Assembly (NCBI GenBank): GCA_965226495.1
Contig: OZ245365.1
Location: 800,001 to 864,000, forward strand
Direction: 5' to 3'
Length of the DNA: 64,000 bases
Source: Candidatus Marinacidobacterales bacterium
Lineage (GTDB): Bacteria; Acidobacteriota; Vicinamibacteria; Marinacidobacterales; DATDRI01
A model generated the notes under the pieces. That model was not told where the DNA came from. It saw nothing but the letters and a program-made list of their open reading frames with translations, and did not search any database. Numbering within the stretch: position 1 is the first letter of the stretch; every line of letters starts with the position of its first letter. Shown piece by piece: positions 1 to 9,865 of the stretch. The translations under genes and the position numbers were made by a program.

Positions 1-571
1 TCTCGGAGAGAACGAGGTTGCAGGTACTGTTGAGAATTCCGTGAAACCCGAGAATCTTTGTGCCGGGGAGAGTCTTCTCTACGAGGTTGAAGACCGGGGT
101 CCCATCGAGCACCGTGCCCTCGAAACGAAAGGCGAGCTTCGTTTCACGAGCGAGCTTGTCGAGCTCGCGGTAGGCTAGAGCCACCGGTCCCTTATTTGCC
201 GTCACGACGTGCATGCCCTTCCGCAAGGCGTTCCGGACATGATCGATGGCCGGCAGACCGCTCCAAGGATTGAGAGTCGTGATCTCGAATAGGATCTGAG
301 ATGGTCGTCGGCGGATGAAGTCCATCGTGTCGCGAACAGGAATTCCAACGTGGATCTCTTCGATGGATTTGCCGGATTCCACGCGCCGTAGAGCCTTGCG
401 ACAGTCGAGGCCCTTCGGATCGATCGCCGAACCGTGAGACCGAGTGGCAATGCCGGTTACCCGGCAGGTGAGACCGTATTTGGAGAGGAGCTCCCGCCGT
501 TTTTCGAGGAGAAGGCGGACAAAAGCTCGACCCGCGTTGCCGAAGCCAACCAGCGCGAGAGTTACTTCCAT
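1..571 (-). CDS. hom: Homoserine dehydrogenase, partial (runs off the left edge)
   Basis: Not in the ORF track. Manual translation from ATG at 571 gives MEVTLALVGFGNAGRAF (Rossmann motif), HVVTANKGPVA, FEGTVLDGTPVF and GILNSTCN, typical HSD motifs. Confidence 0.85.
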   Translation of the reverse strand, partial: MEVTLALVGFGNAGRAFVRLLLEKRRELLSKYGLTCRVTGIATRSHGSAIDPKGLDCRKALRRVESGKSIEEIHVGIPVRDTMDFIRRRPSQILFEITTLNPWSGLPAIDHVRNALRKGMHVVTANKGPVALAYRELDKLARETKLAFRFEGTVLDGTPVFNLVEKTLPGTKILGFHGILNSTCNLVLSE

Positions 572-639
572 GCGTGAGTGAGAGTGATCAGTGGACAGTA
601 ATCAGCAGTCAGTACTGATAACTGATTACTGATAACTAA

Positions 640-1758
640 TCACGAGTGGACCTCGGAGCGAACCGTCTCCAAGAGTTCGGAGAAAAGCCCCAACCCCTTC
701 TCCAGTATCTCGGCGTCATAACCGAAACCCACGCGGATGTAGCGGTCCATGTTGAACTGGTCCCCCGGCACCAAAAGGACACTCTTCTCCTCTCGCGCGC
801 GGGTAATGAGCTCGCCCGAACCAATGTCCAAGTCGTACCGCAAACAGGCGATGGCGGCGGCTTGTGGAGGGACCATCGTGAACAGTCCGTTCTGTTCGGA
901 AACCCACTTCTCTAGGACGGGAAACTGCTTTTTTATGATGGACCGGGTCCGCTCCAGGATTTGCTGGCGACGAGTCGGCGCCAATGCGACTCGCGCGAGC
1001 GTTTCGGAGAGTGCTCCCGGGCCGATGGATGTGTAGTCTTTGTAGGACCAAAGCTCTTCCACCTTGTCCGGCGGACCGGCCACCCACCCGATGCGAAGCC
1101 CCGGCAGGCCATAGGCTTTGGACAACCCGCAGGTAACCAGCAGTCGGTCGTACCAGCCCCAAAGCGTGGGCGAGGGCTCTTCGCGATGTTCCGCACCTTG
1201 GTAGACCTCATCGGAGAGAATCCAGGCACCGACCTTCCCTCCGATTTTGCAGATTTGCCGCATATCGTTTTCGCTGAGCACCGCCCCGGTGGGGTTGTTC
1301 GGGTTGCAGACGGCGATGAGCTTGGTCTTGTCAGTGACGATGTGCGCCAGCTCATCTAGATCCGGGGCCCACTTCGTCTCTTCCCGAAGCCACAGGGGGT
1401 CGACATTGGCTCCCAGCGAACGGGCCAGACCCCAGATCTGCATGTAGTTGGGGAGCATGACGACCACGTGGTCACCCGGCTCGACCAAGTTCAAGACGCT
1501 CACGAAGTTGGCCTCCGCCGTCCCGTTGGTTACCACGATGTTCTCGGTGTCGGAGCCAGGATAGAGATCGCTGATCAGCTCCCGAAGTTCGATCGAGCCA
1601 TTGGTCTGCGGATAGCCCAACGCCGTGTCTTTCAAGGTCACGGGATCGACGAGCTCACCCAAGTTGATCGGTTTCACACCGCTTTCGGAAAGGTTGTAGC
1701 GTACCCGGTTCTCCCAGGTGGACTGCATCCTTTCCATCTCGAAGGTTTCTAATCGCAT
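640..1758 (-). CDS. PLP-dependent aminotransferase class I/II
   Basis: 372 aa with CNPNNPTG, SDEVY and the PLP-lysine motif GLSKAYGLPGLRIGW. Confidence 0.92.
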   Translation of the reverse strand: MRLETFEMERMQSTWENRVRYNLSESGVKPINLGELVDPVTLKDTALGYPQTNGSIELRELISDLYPGSDTENIVVTNGTAEANFVSVLNLVEPGDHVVVMLPNYMQIWGLARSLGANVDPLWLREETKWAPDLDELAHIVTDKTKLIAVCNPNNPTGAVLSENDMRQICKIGGKVGAWILSDEVYQGAEHREEPSPTLWGWYDRLLVTCGLSKAYGLPGLRIGWVAGPPDKVEELWSYKDYTSIGPGALSETLARVALAPTRRQQILERTRSIIKKQFPVLEKWVSEQNGLFTMVPPQAAAIACLRYDLDIGSGELITRAREEKSVLLVPGDQFNMDRYIRVGFGYDAEILEKGLGLFSELLETVRSEVHS

Positions 1759-1842
1759 GGGTTTTATCCTCTGTTTAGGCGAGGCATTATACAGCGCGAG
1801 GGTCGGCTTGGGGAGACGGAAGCTGCTGCAGGAACGCGGTGA

Positions 1843-2214
1843 TTACTGGGGTTGTTGCTCCATCAAGATTCTGATGGCTTCGGCGAGTCGCTGCTGGGTT
1901 ACTTCGTCCACGGTTCGAAAAACCAATCCGTAGTGGTCGGTCTGATCCTGTGGAGAAACCGCATGCCAACGAATCGCGGCGTCCAGCGTAATGGATTCGC
2001 CGCTTCCCTCGAAGTTTAAGATGAGCTTGATCTTACTGATACCGAAATCGGTCTTGGATTCTAGCAGGGCGCCTTGGGGGGAGATGTTGTGGACCCGGCC
2101 GTCCTCCCGTCCCTTTTCCCACTCGACGGTACACTTCAGCGAACCTTCCGGGACGAGCCGTGCCTGCGACCGCTTTTCCATAACCCTTCCTAACATGCTA
2201 TCCGGAGACGCCAT
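1843..2214 (-). CDS. PilZ domain (c-di-GMP receptor) protein
   Basis: RxxxR (EKRSQAR) and N/DxSxxG (NISPQG) motifs. Start codon uncertain. Confidence 0.8.
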   Translation of the reverse strand: MASPDSMLGRVMEKRSQARLVPEGSLKCTVEWEKGREDGRVHNISPQGALLESKTDFGISKIKLILNFEGSGESITLDAAIRWHAVSPQDQTDHYGLVFRTVDEVTQQRLAEAIRILMEQQPQ

Positions 2215-2325
2215 GTTTGTACAACCGTAATCTGAAGAGTCGACGCTCACTTGCGGCAGGGCCAGGACCGCGCGACACTAACAGTCTGAACAAAAAGCAC
2301 TCGCCTGCGCGCCGACGAAAGACAA

Positions 2326-2349
2326 GCCGTGGGGGTGGGGTCCCACGGC
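2326..2349. repeat. REP-like G-rich hairpin
   Basis: GCCGTGGG-GGTGGGGT-CCCACGGC. Same family as three copies at 8139-8408. Confidence 0.75.
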
Positions 2350-2383
2350 TCTAACACTAGATGCCAAGTTCCAGGAGGGTTCC

Positions 2384-3358
2384 ATGAAGAATTCGGTCTT
2401 GCTCGTTCTTGCGGTCGGGCTCGCCGCTTGCAGCCCCGCCCCAAGTGACCCGTCCGAGCCAAGCGATGTTGAAACGCGAGTCCATCAGCGAGTCGACGAG
2501 ATGATGAAGGAGGAAGAAGGTAACGTCGTTTTTTCCGACCTTCACAACAGCAAGGAGCTCTCCGCGGAGGAGCGGAATTACCTGGATCGTCTCTATGAAG
2601 TCTTCTTCGCCCTGCCCGCGTATTTTCAGAGCGAATCGCGGTCCGCCGGCAGAATCCCGAAGGTTGCCGCGATCGCGCACGACTACCGGATTCATCCATC
2701 GGCGGTGCGACTTCTCCTGACCGTCATGACCTCGGACTCACGGATGCCGACCCTTATCACGCTCGAAGAAGCATCTGGTGAGATTGCGTCGACGGATATG
2801 GAAAAGATCGACAAGTTCGTCGAAACGAAGGGCTCCGAGGTCAAGGTCAGTGGCTGGATCGGGAAGCCGGTTCCCACCTTCGAAGTGACCACTTTGGAAG
2901 GGGAGACGATCACCGAAAAAGACATAGCGGGAAAGAACACCTTGATATTCTTCTGGCTGACGCACTGCCCCGTTTGTCAAAGGATCACGCCGAACATGGT
3001 CGAGCTCTATCAGAAATATGCCGGGAGCGACTTCGAGATCCTGGGATTGAACGTCGACGTGGCGCTAGGCCTCGACGTGTCCGGCGAGGAGCGGGCCCAG
3101 TTCATCGCCGAGCGAAAAATCGAGTACCCGGTGGCCATCCTGGACTCGGAAACGCGTGCTGCATTCGGAAACGTCAACATCTTCCCGGCGATGTTCTGGG
3201 TGAAATCGGACGGGACGATTGGGGAATTACTCCTCAACTATCAAGATCTTGACACCCTTGTGCGTCTCGTCGAAGGAGACGAAGAGTCGAAAGCGGCGCG
3301 CCGAGGAGATAGAATACCAAGCGGTGGACAAAATGGTGACGCGAAAACCGACTCGTAG
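2384..3358 (+). CDS. Lipoprotein with C-terminal TlpA/redoxin domain
   Basis: Lipobox LAAC and thioredoxin-like motif [10 protein letters not shown]. Confidence 0.85.
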   Translation: MKNSVLLVLAVGLAACSPAPSDPSEPSDVETRVHQRVDEMMKEEEGNVVFSDLHNSKELSAEERNYLDRLYEVFFALPAYFQSESRSAGRIPKVAAIAHDYRIHPSAVRLLLTVMTSDSRMPTLITLEEASGEIASTDMEKIDKFVETKGSEVKVSGWIGKPVPTFEVTTLEGETITEKDIAGKNTLIFFWLTHCPVCQRITPNMVELYQKYAGSDFEILGLNVDVALGLDVSGEERAQFIAERKIEYPVAILDSETRAAFGNVNIFPAMFWVKSDGTIGELLLNYQDLDTLVRLVEGDEESKAARRGDRIPSGGQNGDAKTDS

Positions 3359-4481
3359 CGTTCGCATCGGCTCGATCAGCATCGGTGGAGGCGAGCCAAT
3401 CGCTGTCCAAAGCATGTGCGCCACCAAGACTCAGGATGTCGAGGCGACCACCGCCCAGGCAGAGGCCTTGCGGAAAGCCGGTGCTGCGGTCGTTCGAGTC
3501 GCGGTGGACAGCTCCAAGGACGCCGATGCCCTCAAGGCCATTCGGGAGCGGACCGAGGCCAATCTCTCCGTAGATCTCCAAGAAAGTTACCGTTTGGCGG
3601 AGGAGGTGGCTCCATTCGTCGACAAGATCCGCTACAACCCGGGTCACCTCTACCATCACGAGAAGTCGAGGCCGGTTCGAGACAAAGTCCGCTATCTCGC
3701 GGATGTTGCAGCGGAGAACGATTGCGCGCTGCGGGTCGGCGTCAATTGCGGCTCGGTCGATCCGGCGATTGCCGAGAAGTTCGGTGACGATTCGGTCGGC
3801 GCGATGGTGGCCTCGGCCATCGAGCACGTGAACCTACTGGAAGAGTTCGGGTTCACTCGTTACTGCGTATCGCTCAAGGACTCGGACCCTGCCAAAGTCG
3901 TGGACGCCAACACGCGCTTCGCCGAGGAACGTCCCGAGATACCGCTCCACCTTGGCGTCACCGAGGCGGGGCTACCGCCGGACGGAGTGATCAAGACCCG
4001 TATCGCATTCGAACAGCTCCTGAGTCAAGGGATCGGAGACACCATTCGCGTCTCCTTGACGCTTCCCAACCCGCGAAAGCCCGAGGAAGTCGAAGTGGGG
4101 CATCAAATCTTGAACGACATCGACGCGGGGCGTTTTCGCTCGGTGCCGGACTTCGGTAACGATCGCCTCAATATCATCTCTTGCCCGTCTTGCTCACGGG
4201 TGGAGAACGAGCAGTTCGTCGAGCTTGCGGAAAAAGTTCGCGACCTAACGGTGTACGCACAAGAGCATGCGCTCACCATCGCGGTAATGGGATGCCGCGT
4301 GAACGGACCGGGCGAGACCGACGACGCCGATCTGGGGCTTTGGTGCGGTCCTCGACTCGTGAACCTGAAGCGACGCACCGAGGTTGTCGGCGCTTTTTCT
4401 TACGAAGAGATCCTTCCGCGCCTTCGTGAAGAGCTCGATCAACTCATCGAGAAGCGGGCGTCCTCCCGCCTCGAAGTCTAG
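3333..4481 (+). CDS. ispG: (E)-4-hydroxy-3-methylbut-2-enyl-diphosphate synthase
   Basis: [44 protein letters not shown] and [10 protein letters not shown] motifs. Start set at ATG 3333. Confidence 0.96.
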   Translation: MVTRKPTRSVRIGSISIGGGEPIAVQSMCATKTQDVEATTAQAEALRKAGAAVVRVAVDSSKDADALKAIRERTEANLSVDLQESYRLAEEVAPFVDKIRYNPGHLYHHEKSRPVRDKVRYLADVAAENDCALRVGVNCGSVDPAIAEKFGDDSVGAMVASAIEHVNLLEEFGFTRYCVSLKDSDPAKVVDANTRFAEERPEIPLHLGVTEAGLPPDGVIKTRIAFEQLLSQGIGDTIRVSLTLPNPRKPEEVEVGHQILNDIDAGRFRSVPDFGNDRLNIISCPSCSRVENEQFVELAEKVRDLTVYAQEHALTIAVMGCRVNGPGETDDADLGLWCGPRLVNLKRRTEVVGAFSYEEILPRLREELDQLIEKRASSRLEV

Positions 4482-4987
4482 TCGGTGCCTTCTTCCTTAG
4501 GAGCGGGTCTGTCGTTCCAGATGTCCCAGTAGAGCTTCCAGGTGCCGTCCTCTTTCTTCCAAACGACGACGTACTTGGCGAACTGAGTCGTGGGCTCTCC
4601 GCCCTCGGGCTCGAGGTTCAGGGTTGCCTCTCCGATCTCGAACGCCGTATCGCCGGAAATTTCGAACTCTACCGTCGAGAGGTCCACGGCCTTGAGCCCC
4701 ATTCCGCTCAACACTGAGCCCCATAACTCCTCGGCGCCCGCTCGGCCGCGAACGATCCCGCCACCGGGGGGCAACAAAGTAGCGTCCGAGGTGTAGAGAG
4801 CTCCGAGCGCCGCAGCATCCTGGTTCTGAACGGCTTCTTCGAACTTCGCGTTCCCTTGGTCGATCGCCGCTCGCACCTGAGCGGGGTCGACTTTCGGTGG
4901 CGCGCTTTCGGGCTGGCTCGGTGGTGCACATGAAAAAACGAACGAAAAGGCCAGTAAAGAAAGAAAAACAACCTTGCCTAACTTCAT
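4478..4987 (-). CDS. NTF2-like (DUF4440/YbcC-type) lipoprotein
   Basis: Signal peptide with Cys, [33 protein letters not shown]. Confidence 0.8.
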   Translation of the reverse strand: MKLGKVVFLSLLAFSFVFSCAPPSQPESAPPKVDPAQVRAAIDQGNAKFEEAVQNQDAAALGALYTSDATLLPPGGGIVRGRAGAEELWGSVLSGMGLKAVDLSTVEFEISGDTAFEIGEATLNLEPEGGEPTTQFAKYVVVWKKEDGTWKLYWDIWNDRPAPKEEGTD

Positions 4988-5019
4988 GACTGCCTCCCTT
5001 GAAACTCTTACCTGGAAGA

Positions 5020-5412
5020 TCAGGTTTCGAGCGGTACTTTGATGGGTGTCTTCTTGCCCCACTTGTCGACGGCGACGAAGACGAACTTAGTGTGGACGAT
5101 CTCTCGAGCCGCTCCGCTGGCTGGATCCTCGGCGACCACGCGCATTTCGACCGAGATAGAAGTCCTGCCCGTCTTGGACACTCGTCCATAGATGCCTAGC
5201 ACGTCGCCCAATCGACCCGGCGCCAGGAAGTCCATCGCCTCGATGTGTCGGGTCACCATACCGGAGGCGCGCGCTTTGATCATCGCGTAGCTAGCACCGG
5301 CGTCGTCCAGCCAGGCGAGCATGGTGCCGCCGAACAGACGATCCGCTCCCCCGAGGTTCTTGACCGCCACGATGTGGTGGGCGATCAAATCGAAACCTTC
5401 TGGGGCCTTCAT
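5020..5412 (-). CDS. Acyl-CoA thioesterase (hotdog fold)
   Basis: LFGGTMLAWLDDAG, GRTSISVEM, FVFVAVD. The real start is probably ATG 5412; the longer ORF overlaps pxpA antisense. Confidence 0.85.
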   Translation of the reverse strand: MKAPEGFDLIAHHIVAVKNLGGADRLFGGTMLAWLDDAGASYAMIKARASGMVTRHIEAMDFLAPGRLGDVLGIYGRVSKTGRTSISVEMRVVAEDPASGAAREIVHTKFVFVAVDKWGKKTPIKVPLET

Positions 5413-5474
5413 GGAAAGAGTTCGAGTATAATGCGCAGACAGGTTATTGGTTTCCTCAAGGTGATGCAAACCCG

Positions 5475-5560
5475 CCGTCTGGCGAGCTGGCTCGTGGCAA
5501 CCGCGCCCATTGACGGTCCGAACGAAGTGCTGACCGTCTGGCGAGCTGGCTCGTGGCAAC
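5475..5560. repeat. Two identical 27-bp direct repeats with a 32-bp spacer
   Basis: CCGTCTGGCGAGCTGGCTCGTGGCAAC at 5475-5501 and 5534-5560. Confidence 0.85.
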
Positions 5561-5610
5561 TCCGCCTGGCGACGGCCGGAAGTGGCATCGATTAGTCGGC
5601 CTGTTATAGA

Positions 5611-6387
5611 ATGCGGAAAACGATGCAGATCGATCTGAACTGCGATATCGGCGAGGGCTTCGGCATCTACCAGATAGGAGCCGATGAGGCGCTGATGCCG
5701 CTCATCAGTTCGGCCAATGTCGCCTGCGGCTTTCACGCCGGGGATCCCCAGACTCTGGACCGGACCATCGCCCTCGCTTCCAAGAACGGGGTCGCCGTTG
5801 GTGCACACCCGGGATATCTCGATCTCCGGGGGTTCGGACGCCGGCCCATCCAGGCCAGCCCGAAGGAAGTCGAAGCGGACGTTCTCTACCAGGTCGGTGC
5901 GGTGGCGGGTTTCGCGCGCTCTCACAGCGTCGAGCTCGTTCACGTCAAGCCCCACGGCGCGCTCTACAATCAAGCCGTTAGCGACAGCGAGCTCGCCCGA
6001 GCGATAGCACGCGGTGTCGCCCGCTTCAGTCGGGAGCTCATCTTCGTCGGGCTCGCCACGTCGGCAGCGATGCGCGAGGCGGCGGAAGCGGAGGGTCTCC
6101 GCTATGCCGGCGAGGCATTCGCCGATCGCGTCTACAATGCCGACGGTACGCTACAATCGCGACGCATCGAAGGCTCGGTCATCACCGACTCGACCAGGGC
6201 TGTCGCCCAGGCAGTTGCGATCGCCCACGATCGGAAGGTCATGTCGCACGATGGTGGTGTAGTCGCGCTCCAGGCGGAGACGCTGTGTCTCCACGGAGAC
6301 AATCCTAGTGCCGTCCAGAACGCACAGGCCATTCGCCAAGCTCTCGCAGACGTGGGAGTCGAAGTGCGTTCTCTCGCGAGCCGGTAG
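5611..6387 (+). CDS. pxpA: 5-oxoprolinase subunit A (LamB/YcsF)
   Basis: IDLNCDIGEGFG, SANVACGFHAGD, HVKPHGALYN, TLCLHGD. Confidence 0.95.
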   Translation: MRKTMQIDLNCDIGEGFGIYQIGADEALMPLISSANVACGFHAGDPQTLDRTIALASKNGVAVGAHPGYLDLRGFGRRPIQASPKEVEADVLYQVGAVAGFARSHSVELVHVKPHGALYNQAVSDSELARAIARGVARFSRELIFVGLATSAAMREAAEAEGLRYAGEAFADRVYNADGTLQSRRIEGSVITDSTRAVAQAVAIAHDRKVMSHDGGVVALQAETLCLHGDNPSAVQNAQAIRQALADVGVEVRSLASR

Positions 6388-6420
6388 AGAGAGACGGCTC
6401 GAGGCCCGTCTCGGATCGAG

Positions 6421-8082
6421 ATGACTTCTCCCCGAATCTTGAATGCCGGTGAAGCGGCGATGTCGGTGGAGTTCGGCGACGCGATCGATCTCGAGCTGAA
6501 TGCGAAGGTGCGAGCCCTCGACGAATCACTGCTATCCAAGCCTTTCCCGGGATTCGTGGAGGCGGTGCCGACTTATCGTTCCCTGCTCGTCCATTTCGAT
6601 CCGTTGCGGGCGGAGTTCGACGACGTCGCCGACTATCTCACACGGCTCACCGGGAAGGCCACACGCGCAAAACCAGGCCGACCACCCGTCAAAGAAGTTC
6701 CCACGGTCTACGATGGTGAAGATCTGGATGCGGTTGCGCGTGACGCAGGGCTGAGCCGCGCTGAAGTCGTCGCTCTTCACACTGGAACGGAATACCGCGT
6801 CTACATGCTCGGCTTTTCACCGGGTTTCGCCTACATGGGCCTGCTCCCGGAAGCGATCGCGCGACCGCGCAAGGCGACACCACGCACACGAGTGCCGGCC
6901 GGCTCGGTTGCCATCGCCGGTAGGCAGACCGGCGTCTATCCTTCCGCGACCCCCGGTGGTTGGAATCTCATCGGACGTGCCTCGCTCCCTTTGTTCGATC
7001 CCGAGTCGAGTCCTCCGACTTTTTTCGTTTCCGGCGATCGGGTGCGCTTCGTATCCGTTCCGGATTTGCCTGACCGCACTGAAAGGCCCGATGGCGCCCA
7101 ACGGAGCGCGACGAAAAACCAGGAACCGGGCGAGCCGACGCTCGAAGTGTTGGATGGAGGACTGCTCACAACGGTTCAGGACCTAGGACGCGTTGGCTAC
7201 CAACGGTACGGAGTTCCGGTCGCGGGGGCCGCGGACGCCGCATCGTTACGGGCCGCAAACTTCTTGGTAGGCAACGAGCCCGGAGCCGCCGCACTCGAGT
7301 GCACTGCCATGGGACCATCCCTACGATTCTTGCGAACGACCATCGTCGCAATCTGCGGGGCGAGTCTCGGGCCGGTTCTTGAGCGCGGCGACCTTGGACC
7401 TTGGGAAGTTCCCCCGAACCTATCGTTTCTCGCTCGCGCGGGAAACGTGTTGCGATTCGGTGCCCGGCAAGCCGGCTATCGTTGCTATTTGTCGGTAGTG
7501 GGGGGATGGGGAGTACCACAAGTACTTGGTTCGCGGTCGACCTATCTGACGTCCGCCCTGGGTGGTCTTCAGGGCCGGGCGCTCGAGCGCGGCGATGTTC
7601 TCACCGTGCTTCCATCCGAGAGCGACCCGAGCCCGGGTCGCCGTTGGCAGGGTGACGTCACTCCGACCGCCGCGGAAACGGTGGTGCGTGTGGTATTCGG
7701 ACTGCAGGAGGACTACTTCCATAAGAAGACGAAAGAAACCCTAACCTCCTCGGAATACACCATAGCCGCGTCCTCGGATCGAATGGGTTGCCGATTGGAC
7801 GGTCCGAGCCTTCGCCACAAAAAAGCGAGCGAGATCGTGTCCGACGGGATGGTGCAGGGAGCGATACAGGTTCCGGCGGACGGACGACCGATCGTCATGC
7901 TCGCCGACCGTGCCACCGCGGGGGGCTATCCCAAAATCGGGACCGTCATCGGTGCCGACATACCGCGCCTGGCGCAGCTCATGCCCGGCGAACGACTACG
8001 TTTCGAAGCGGTCGATCTCGAGCAGGCGGTGGAGGCTCTGCGAGCGGTCCGGCGGGCAGAGGAAAAGGCGCGGAAGGTCTAG
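6421..8082 (+). CDS. pxpBC: Fused 5-oxoprolinase subunits B and C
   Basis: N-half has VPTYRSLLV, GFSPGFAY, TPGGWNLIG. C-half has TTVQDLGR, SDRMGCRL, GGYPKI. Follows pxpA. Confidence 0.92.
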   Translation: MTSPRILNAGEAAMSVEFGDAIDLELNAKVRALDESLLSKPFPGFVEAVPTYRSLLVHFDPLRAEFDDVADYLTRLTGKATRAKPGRPPVKEVPTVYDGEDLDAVARDAGLSRAEVVALHTGTEYRVYMLGFSPGFAYMGLLPEAIARPRKATPRTRVPAGSVAIAGRQTGVYPSATPGGWNLIGRASLPLFDPESSPPTFFVSGDRVRFVSVPDLPDRTERPDGAQRSATKNQEPGEPTLEVLDGGLLTTVQDLGRVGYQRYGVPVAGAADAASLRAANFLVGNEPGAAALECTAMGPSLRFLRTTIVAICGASLGPVLERGDLGPWEVPPNLSFLARAGNVLRFGARQAGYRCYLSVVGGWGVPQVLGSRSTYLTSALGGLQGRALERGDVLTVLPSESDPSPGRRWQGDVTPTAAETVVRVVFGLQEDYFHKKTKETLTSSEYTIAASSDRMGCRLDGPSLRHKKASEIVSDGMVQGAIQVPADGRPIVMLADRATAGGYPKIGTVIGADIPRLAQLMPGERLRFEAVDLEQAVEALRAVRRAEEKARKV

Positions 8083-8085
8083 TAA

Positions 8086-8116
8086 GCAGGGTGCACAGGA
8101 TTTCACGGCACCCTGC
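8086..8116 (+). terminator. Hairpin just after pxpBC (possible terminator, no U-tract)
   Basis: GCAGGGTGC (8086-8094) and GCACCCTGC (8108-8116) form an inverted repeat. Confidence 0.45.
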
Positions 8117-8138
8117 GCGAAGAGCCATCAGCTGGACG

Positions 8139-8408
8139 GCGGTGGGGGTGGGGCCCCGCCGCACTAAGTAAGGAGCGAGCCCGCGTGGTGGCCGCCAAAC
8201 TAGGTGGTTGCTGAAGCTCGACGTGGCCAGGCGGCGGGCCGACAACAGGTGCGCCGAGCGGAGCCGTCAGCTGTCTCGCAGCCGCTTGTCGGCGAAGGGA
8301 CGAGCCGTGGGGGTGGGGCCCCGCGGCATTGATGAGAGCCCTCAGCCCGAGCGCAGCGTGAGCGAAGCGAGCCGCGAAGCGAGAGCCGTGGGGGTGGGGC
8401 CCCGCGGC
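8139..8408. repeat. Cluster of three REP-like GGGGGTGGGGCCCC hairpins
   Basis: Copies at 8139-8162, 8304-8327 and 8385-8408. Confidence 0.8.
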
Positions 8409-8441
8409 ACTCATCAAAGACTGAGCGCGCATTGAGGCATA

Positions 8442-9209
8442 ATGTCTCCGATGCTGCATCGGCTATGGCCATGTCTCTTTACGCTGAGTGTCCTGGCATG
8501 CGGCGCCCGCGGATCGCCGCCCCATCGAGTCGAGCTGACGATCTCTGCGGCCGCCAGCCTGCGCGAAGTGATCACCGAAGTCTCTAGCGTTTTCGAGCGG
8601 GAGCACGTCGACATCGCATTGCAGCTCAATTTCGCGGGTTCGGGTGCCCTACGCCAACAGATCGAGATGGGGGCGCCGGTCGAGGTTTTTGTCTCTGCGG
8701 CTTCGGAGCATATCGATCGGCTCGCCGATGCCGGGTTGGTGGTCGAGGACAAGCGCCGGATCTTCGCCCGCAACCGCCTCGTCCTCATCGGAGACCGAGA
8801 CGTGGTCCAATCTCTCGACGACCTGACTTCGAAGAGGGTCGAGCGTGTGGCAATCGGAGATCCCCGCTCGGTACCCGCCGGGAAGTATGCCAGCGAGTGG
8901 CTCGAAACGTCGGGCTTGTGGTCCGAGGTCCAAACAAAAGCCGTGCTCACGGGGGATGTACGACAGGTCTTGAGTTACGTGGCGAGAGGAGAAGTCGATG
9001 CGGGAATCGTCTACGCGACGGACGCAAAGCTCTTGGCGCTGGAACCGATCTTGATCGCCGCAAGCCCACCGGCACCGGAAGTCGTCTACGAAGTAGCGAT
9101 CGTAAACCGTAGGGAGGGGAGTCGGGCGCAAGCGCAACGATTCTTCGATTTCCTCGGCTCCGAAACCGTCATTCGCGAGCTCGAGGCCGGGGGGTTCAGC
9201 GCGCCGTGA
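8442..9209 (+). CDS. modA: Molybdate ABC transporter substrate-binding protein
   Basis: ISAAASL, GSGALRQQIEMGAP, VPAGKYA, DAGIVYATD. Confidence 0.95.
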   Translation: MSPMLHRLWPCLFTLSVLACGARGSPPHRVELTISAAASLREVITEVSSVFEREHVDIALQLNFAGSGALRQQIEMGAPVEVFVSAASEHIDRLADAGLVVEDKRRIFARNRLVLIGDRDVVQSLDDLTSKRVERVAIGDPRSVPAGKYASEWLETSGLWSEVQTKAVLTGDVRQVLSYVARGEVDAGIVYATDAKLLALEPILIAASPPAPEVVYEVAIVNRREGSRAQAQRFFDFLGSETVIRELEAGGFSAP

Positions 9210-9865
9210 GCGTCGGTTTCCCTCTTTGGTTGTCTTTGCGGGTGGCTTTCGCCGCGCTCGCGGTGATCGTACCCATCGGGCTCGTGCTCGGATATCTTCA
9301 GGCGCGTCGCGATTACCCAGGTCGTGCACTGGTGGACGTCTTGATCGTGCTCCCCATCGTCCTGCCGCCGTCGGTGACCGGCTACTATTTGATCTTGCTT
9401 CTGGGCCGGAACGGGGTCATCGGCGGGCCGCTCTATGAGCTCTTGGGCGTCTCGATCATATTCACCTTCTGGGCTGCCGTTATTGCCGCGGTAGTCGTTG
9501 CTTTGCCGCTCTTCATCAAGTTTGCGCAAGCTGCATTCAACGGAGTGGATCCGGAGTTGGAAGCGGTGGCGAGAACGCTGGGCGCTGGGCCGATCGCAAC
9601 TTTTTTTCGAGTGACGGTCCCCGTGGCCTGGCGCGGATTAGTAGCGGGAGCGGTGCTTTGCTTCGCTCGGGCCCTGGGCGAGTTCGGTGCGACGCTCATG
9701 TTCGCAGGCAACATACCCGGGAAGACCAACACCATGACGCTCGAGATCTGGAGCTCGTACCAGGCCGGAGATGACGCGCGGGCGGTGATGCTTGTCGCGA
9801 CGCTAACCGTCGTCTCCGTCGCGGTGGTACTGGCGTTCTCGCGGTTGGAAAGAGGGCGATGGTGA
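9206..9865 (+). CDS. modB: Molybdate ABC transporter permease
   Basis: LPIVLPPSVTGY, ARTLGA, FARALGEFGAT, GNIPGKT. Confidence 0.95.
   Translation: MSVGFPLWLSLRVAFAALAVIVPIGLVLGYLQARRDYPGRALVDVLIVLPIVLPPSVTGYYLILLLGRNGVIGGPLYELLGVSIIFTFWAAVIAAVVVALPLFIKFAQAAFNGVDPELEAVARTLGAGPIATFFRVTVPVAWRGLVAGAVLCFARALGEFGATLMFAGNIPGKTNTMTLEIWSSYQAGDDARAVMLVATLTVVSVAVVLAFSRLERGRW

Noticed and set aside
5475-5560. CRISPR array call
   Set aside because: Only two repeats, no leader and no cas genes. Kept as a repeat and a low-ranked finding.
8160-8441. Moco riboswitch or ModE box upstream of modA
   Set aside because: The region is occupied by REP-like hairpins and no consensus was recognised.
8103-8472. ORFs across the REP cluster (repeated AAGPHPH)
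   Set aside because: These are translations of non-coding repeats.
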